Part shown: in pieces, positions 61,890 to 64,000 of the stretch | Layout: every line of letters starts with the position of its first letter | Position numbering within the stretch: position 1 is the stretch's first letter | DNA from: Octopus sinensis | Taxonomy: Eukaryota | Length of the DNA stretch: 64,000 bases | NCBI RefSeq assembly: GCF_006345805.1 | Contig: NC_043001.1 | Location: 50,654,001 to 50,718,000 of the forward strand | Direction of reading: 5' to 3' | Notes under the pieces: model-generated | What the model was told of the DNA's origin: nothing | Databases searched by the model: none | Seen by the model: the letters and a program-made list of their open reading frames with translations, nothing else | Translations under genes and position numbers: made by a program

Positions 61890-61931
61890 ATAAAATATAT
61901 ATATATATATGTATATATATATGTGTGTGTG

Positions 61932-62014
<83 letters not shown>

Positions 62015-62215
62015 AAAGAGAGACGTGCATATCAGTCTCTTTTGTCAAACTGGTGAGTGACAAAACTGGTGAGGATGTAAACGCACCAATGCTGGTTGTC
62101 AAACAGTGGTGGGAACAAAGGCACAAGAAAGCACTCATATATATTTATTTGTTACTTATGATTTGGTTTATGTCTATCATTGTTTGAATTGCGTAATAGT
62201 GGCTTTTTTCTCTAA

Positions 62216-62246
<31 letters not shown>

Positions 62247-62326
62247 CCCATGCTAGCATGGAAAGCGGACGTTAAATGATGATGATGATGATGATGATGA
62301 TATATATATATATATATATATATATG

Positions 62327-63159
62327 CAGTGTGTTCAGGTTAAATTTGGTGATCACTTTCATGTCTTCTTTTTTGAAAAACAGCTTGATATTTTGTTGAA
62401 CAGTGAAGGGCATTGGCGAGCATAAAGATTAAAGTTGTAGTCGTGAAAAAGTGAGCTGACATGAAGGACTGGAAGCCATCTGAATATTCGAATAGAATTA
62501 CCTGTCTTTTGATGATTTATGTTGGGTATCAATATACTGACACCATGTCTGCTGCTCTATGCTCTGTGAAGGCTGTAAGATGTGGCATGGACAGTTGCAA
62601 TGGTGACTATAAAGCTGTGCCCAGCAGGTCTTTGGATGTGTCTTCGGTGACACTGCCTCACATCTTTGAACAAGGCCTTAGGCTCAAGTCAGATGGCTAT
62701 GTGAAGCTGCTGGATACTGTGGTCAATTCCTAGCTGGAGAGGGTTGCAGGTGGAAGGCAGGATTCAGTTCCTCGCTATATCTCTGGAAAGAATCAGAAGT
62801 GGATTTTGGAAAATTTCTACAAGTTCACCAGCCTCAATTTTTAGCCTGCTAATTTTACTGATTGTAATCCCATGGATTACTATATGTGGGGCACAGTTGA
62901 GAAAAACTTCAACCACTCTGCCTGTGACACCAAGGCCATGCTGTTAACCAAGATCAAGGAAATGTTCAAAGATCTGCCCATAAACACAGTGAGGAATGCA
63001 TGCACCAGGTTCTAGCACTGTCTTGAGGACATGGTGAAAGCTGAGGGCTGCTACTTTGAATAAACTGTTACCTCCCAGTTATAATCTCGATATATTTTGA
63101 TTTTTGAATTACTTTTATTCTTTGTTCTTTTCCTTTTCAAAATTAGCCTGAGCACCCGG
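62327..63159 (+). mobile_element. Internally deleted DD37D (maT) transposon
   Basis: HIFEQGLRL..DGYVKLLDTVV; QD at 62761, then exactly 37 codons to the D of CNPMDYYMWG; imperfect CAGGGTG-type TIRs. Confidence 0.85.
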
Positions 63160-63169
63160 TGTATATTCA

Positions 63170-63325
63170 GCTAGTTTCTTACAGTTTCTATCTGCTAAAT
63201 CTAACATATCTTTGGTTGATGCAAAGCTTCAATAGAAGACACTTACCCAAGGTGCCACACAGTGGGACTGAACCTGAAACCATGTAATTGGGAAGCAAAC
63301 TTTTTACCACACAGCCATGCTTGTG

Positions 63326-63330
<5 letters not shown>
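63170..63330 (-). mobile_element. Family A SINE head
   Basis: GAAGACACTTACCCAAGGTGCCACACAGTGGGACTGAACC...ACCACACAGCCATG. Confidence 0.75.
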
Positions 63331-63360
<30 letters not shown>

Positions 63361-63892
63361 ATAAAACAATGTTTCCTTTATATTTAAATCAAATATAAAA
63401 TTTTGAGGACCTAAAATTTAGTAATCACAAATATATAAATCAAAATTAATTGACTATGTATACTCTACTCACTTTAATGTTTGGTTTAAGAAGTTATTTG
63501 GGATAATTATAAAATTATAAACATTCATGCCATAGAATTGTTAATGACCTTCAGAAAGAAGTGCTGGACACATAATAATTAGCTGAGGTCAACTGCTGAA
63601 GTATCAGTCAAAAACAAGTGTCTACTGTTCTATTCTGGTCATGTTCCTATTTTTAAAATAATTATTACAAGAGTGGTATGGCAAGAACATGTAGAGTGTG
63701 GGACACCACAGTTTAAAGCACAAAGTTACAAAGCTTCTGCAGTCAAATCCTGCAATGGTCAACTCTACTTGTCATCCTTCATGCATTTACATGCGTTTGT
63801 GTGTATATGTGTGTGTGAGTGTGTATGTGTGTGTGTGTGTGTGTGTGTCTTTACATATTCTTCAAATATCACCAGTTACTAGTGATGACATT

Positions 63893-64000
63893 TATCATCA
63901 TCATTAAGCATCTGCTTTCCATGCTCGCAGGGTTACATGGTTTAACTGGAACTGGTAAGCTGTAGAGTTACACCAGGTTCCAGTCTGATTTGGCATGGTT
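63893..64000 (-). mobile_element. RTE 3' tail, cut by the window edge
   Basis: (ATC)n then degenerate rc of the tail. Confidence 0.6.

Overview
AT-rich, microsatellite-saturated eukaryotic DNA. The SINE families, the (GAT)n-tailed RTE LINE and the DD37D element look like those I associate with octopus/coleoid cephalopod genomes (inference from recall, not a database hit). It is mostly intronic/intergenic and built from transposons: tRNA-headed SINEs with an internal microsatellite; many 5'-truncated RTE LINEs (one 2.8-kb copy with a PHD-like finger inside the RT); a BovB-like LINE; R4/Dong-like pieces; a Penelope-like GIY-YIG retroelement; a Gypsy integrase fragment; a full-length mariner; DD41D-type, DD37D and Tc1 relics; and hAT, piggyBac and mariner MITEs. 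Host-gene signal is sparse: one strong 231-nt minus-strand exon (25467-25697), a CpG-rich putative promoter near 54-55 kb, and a few weak plus-strand exon candidates at 2-12.5 kb; none could be named. Most of the ORF track is microsatellite or antisense-TE noise. The best leads are (i) a set of type I hammerhead-ribozyme-like motifs with non-canonical, partly co-varying cores at Penelope-type termini, including a head-to-head palindrome; (ii) an about 7-copy tandem amplification of an RTE stop-codon/3'UTR segment; (iii) SINE-internal microsatellites acting as landing pads for stacks of retroelements. Boundaries of degraded repeats are approximate, read by eye.
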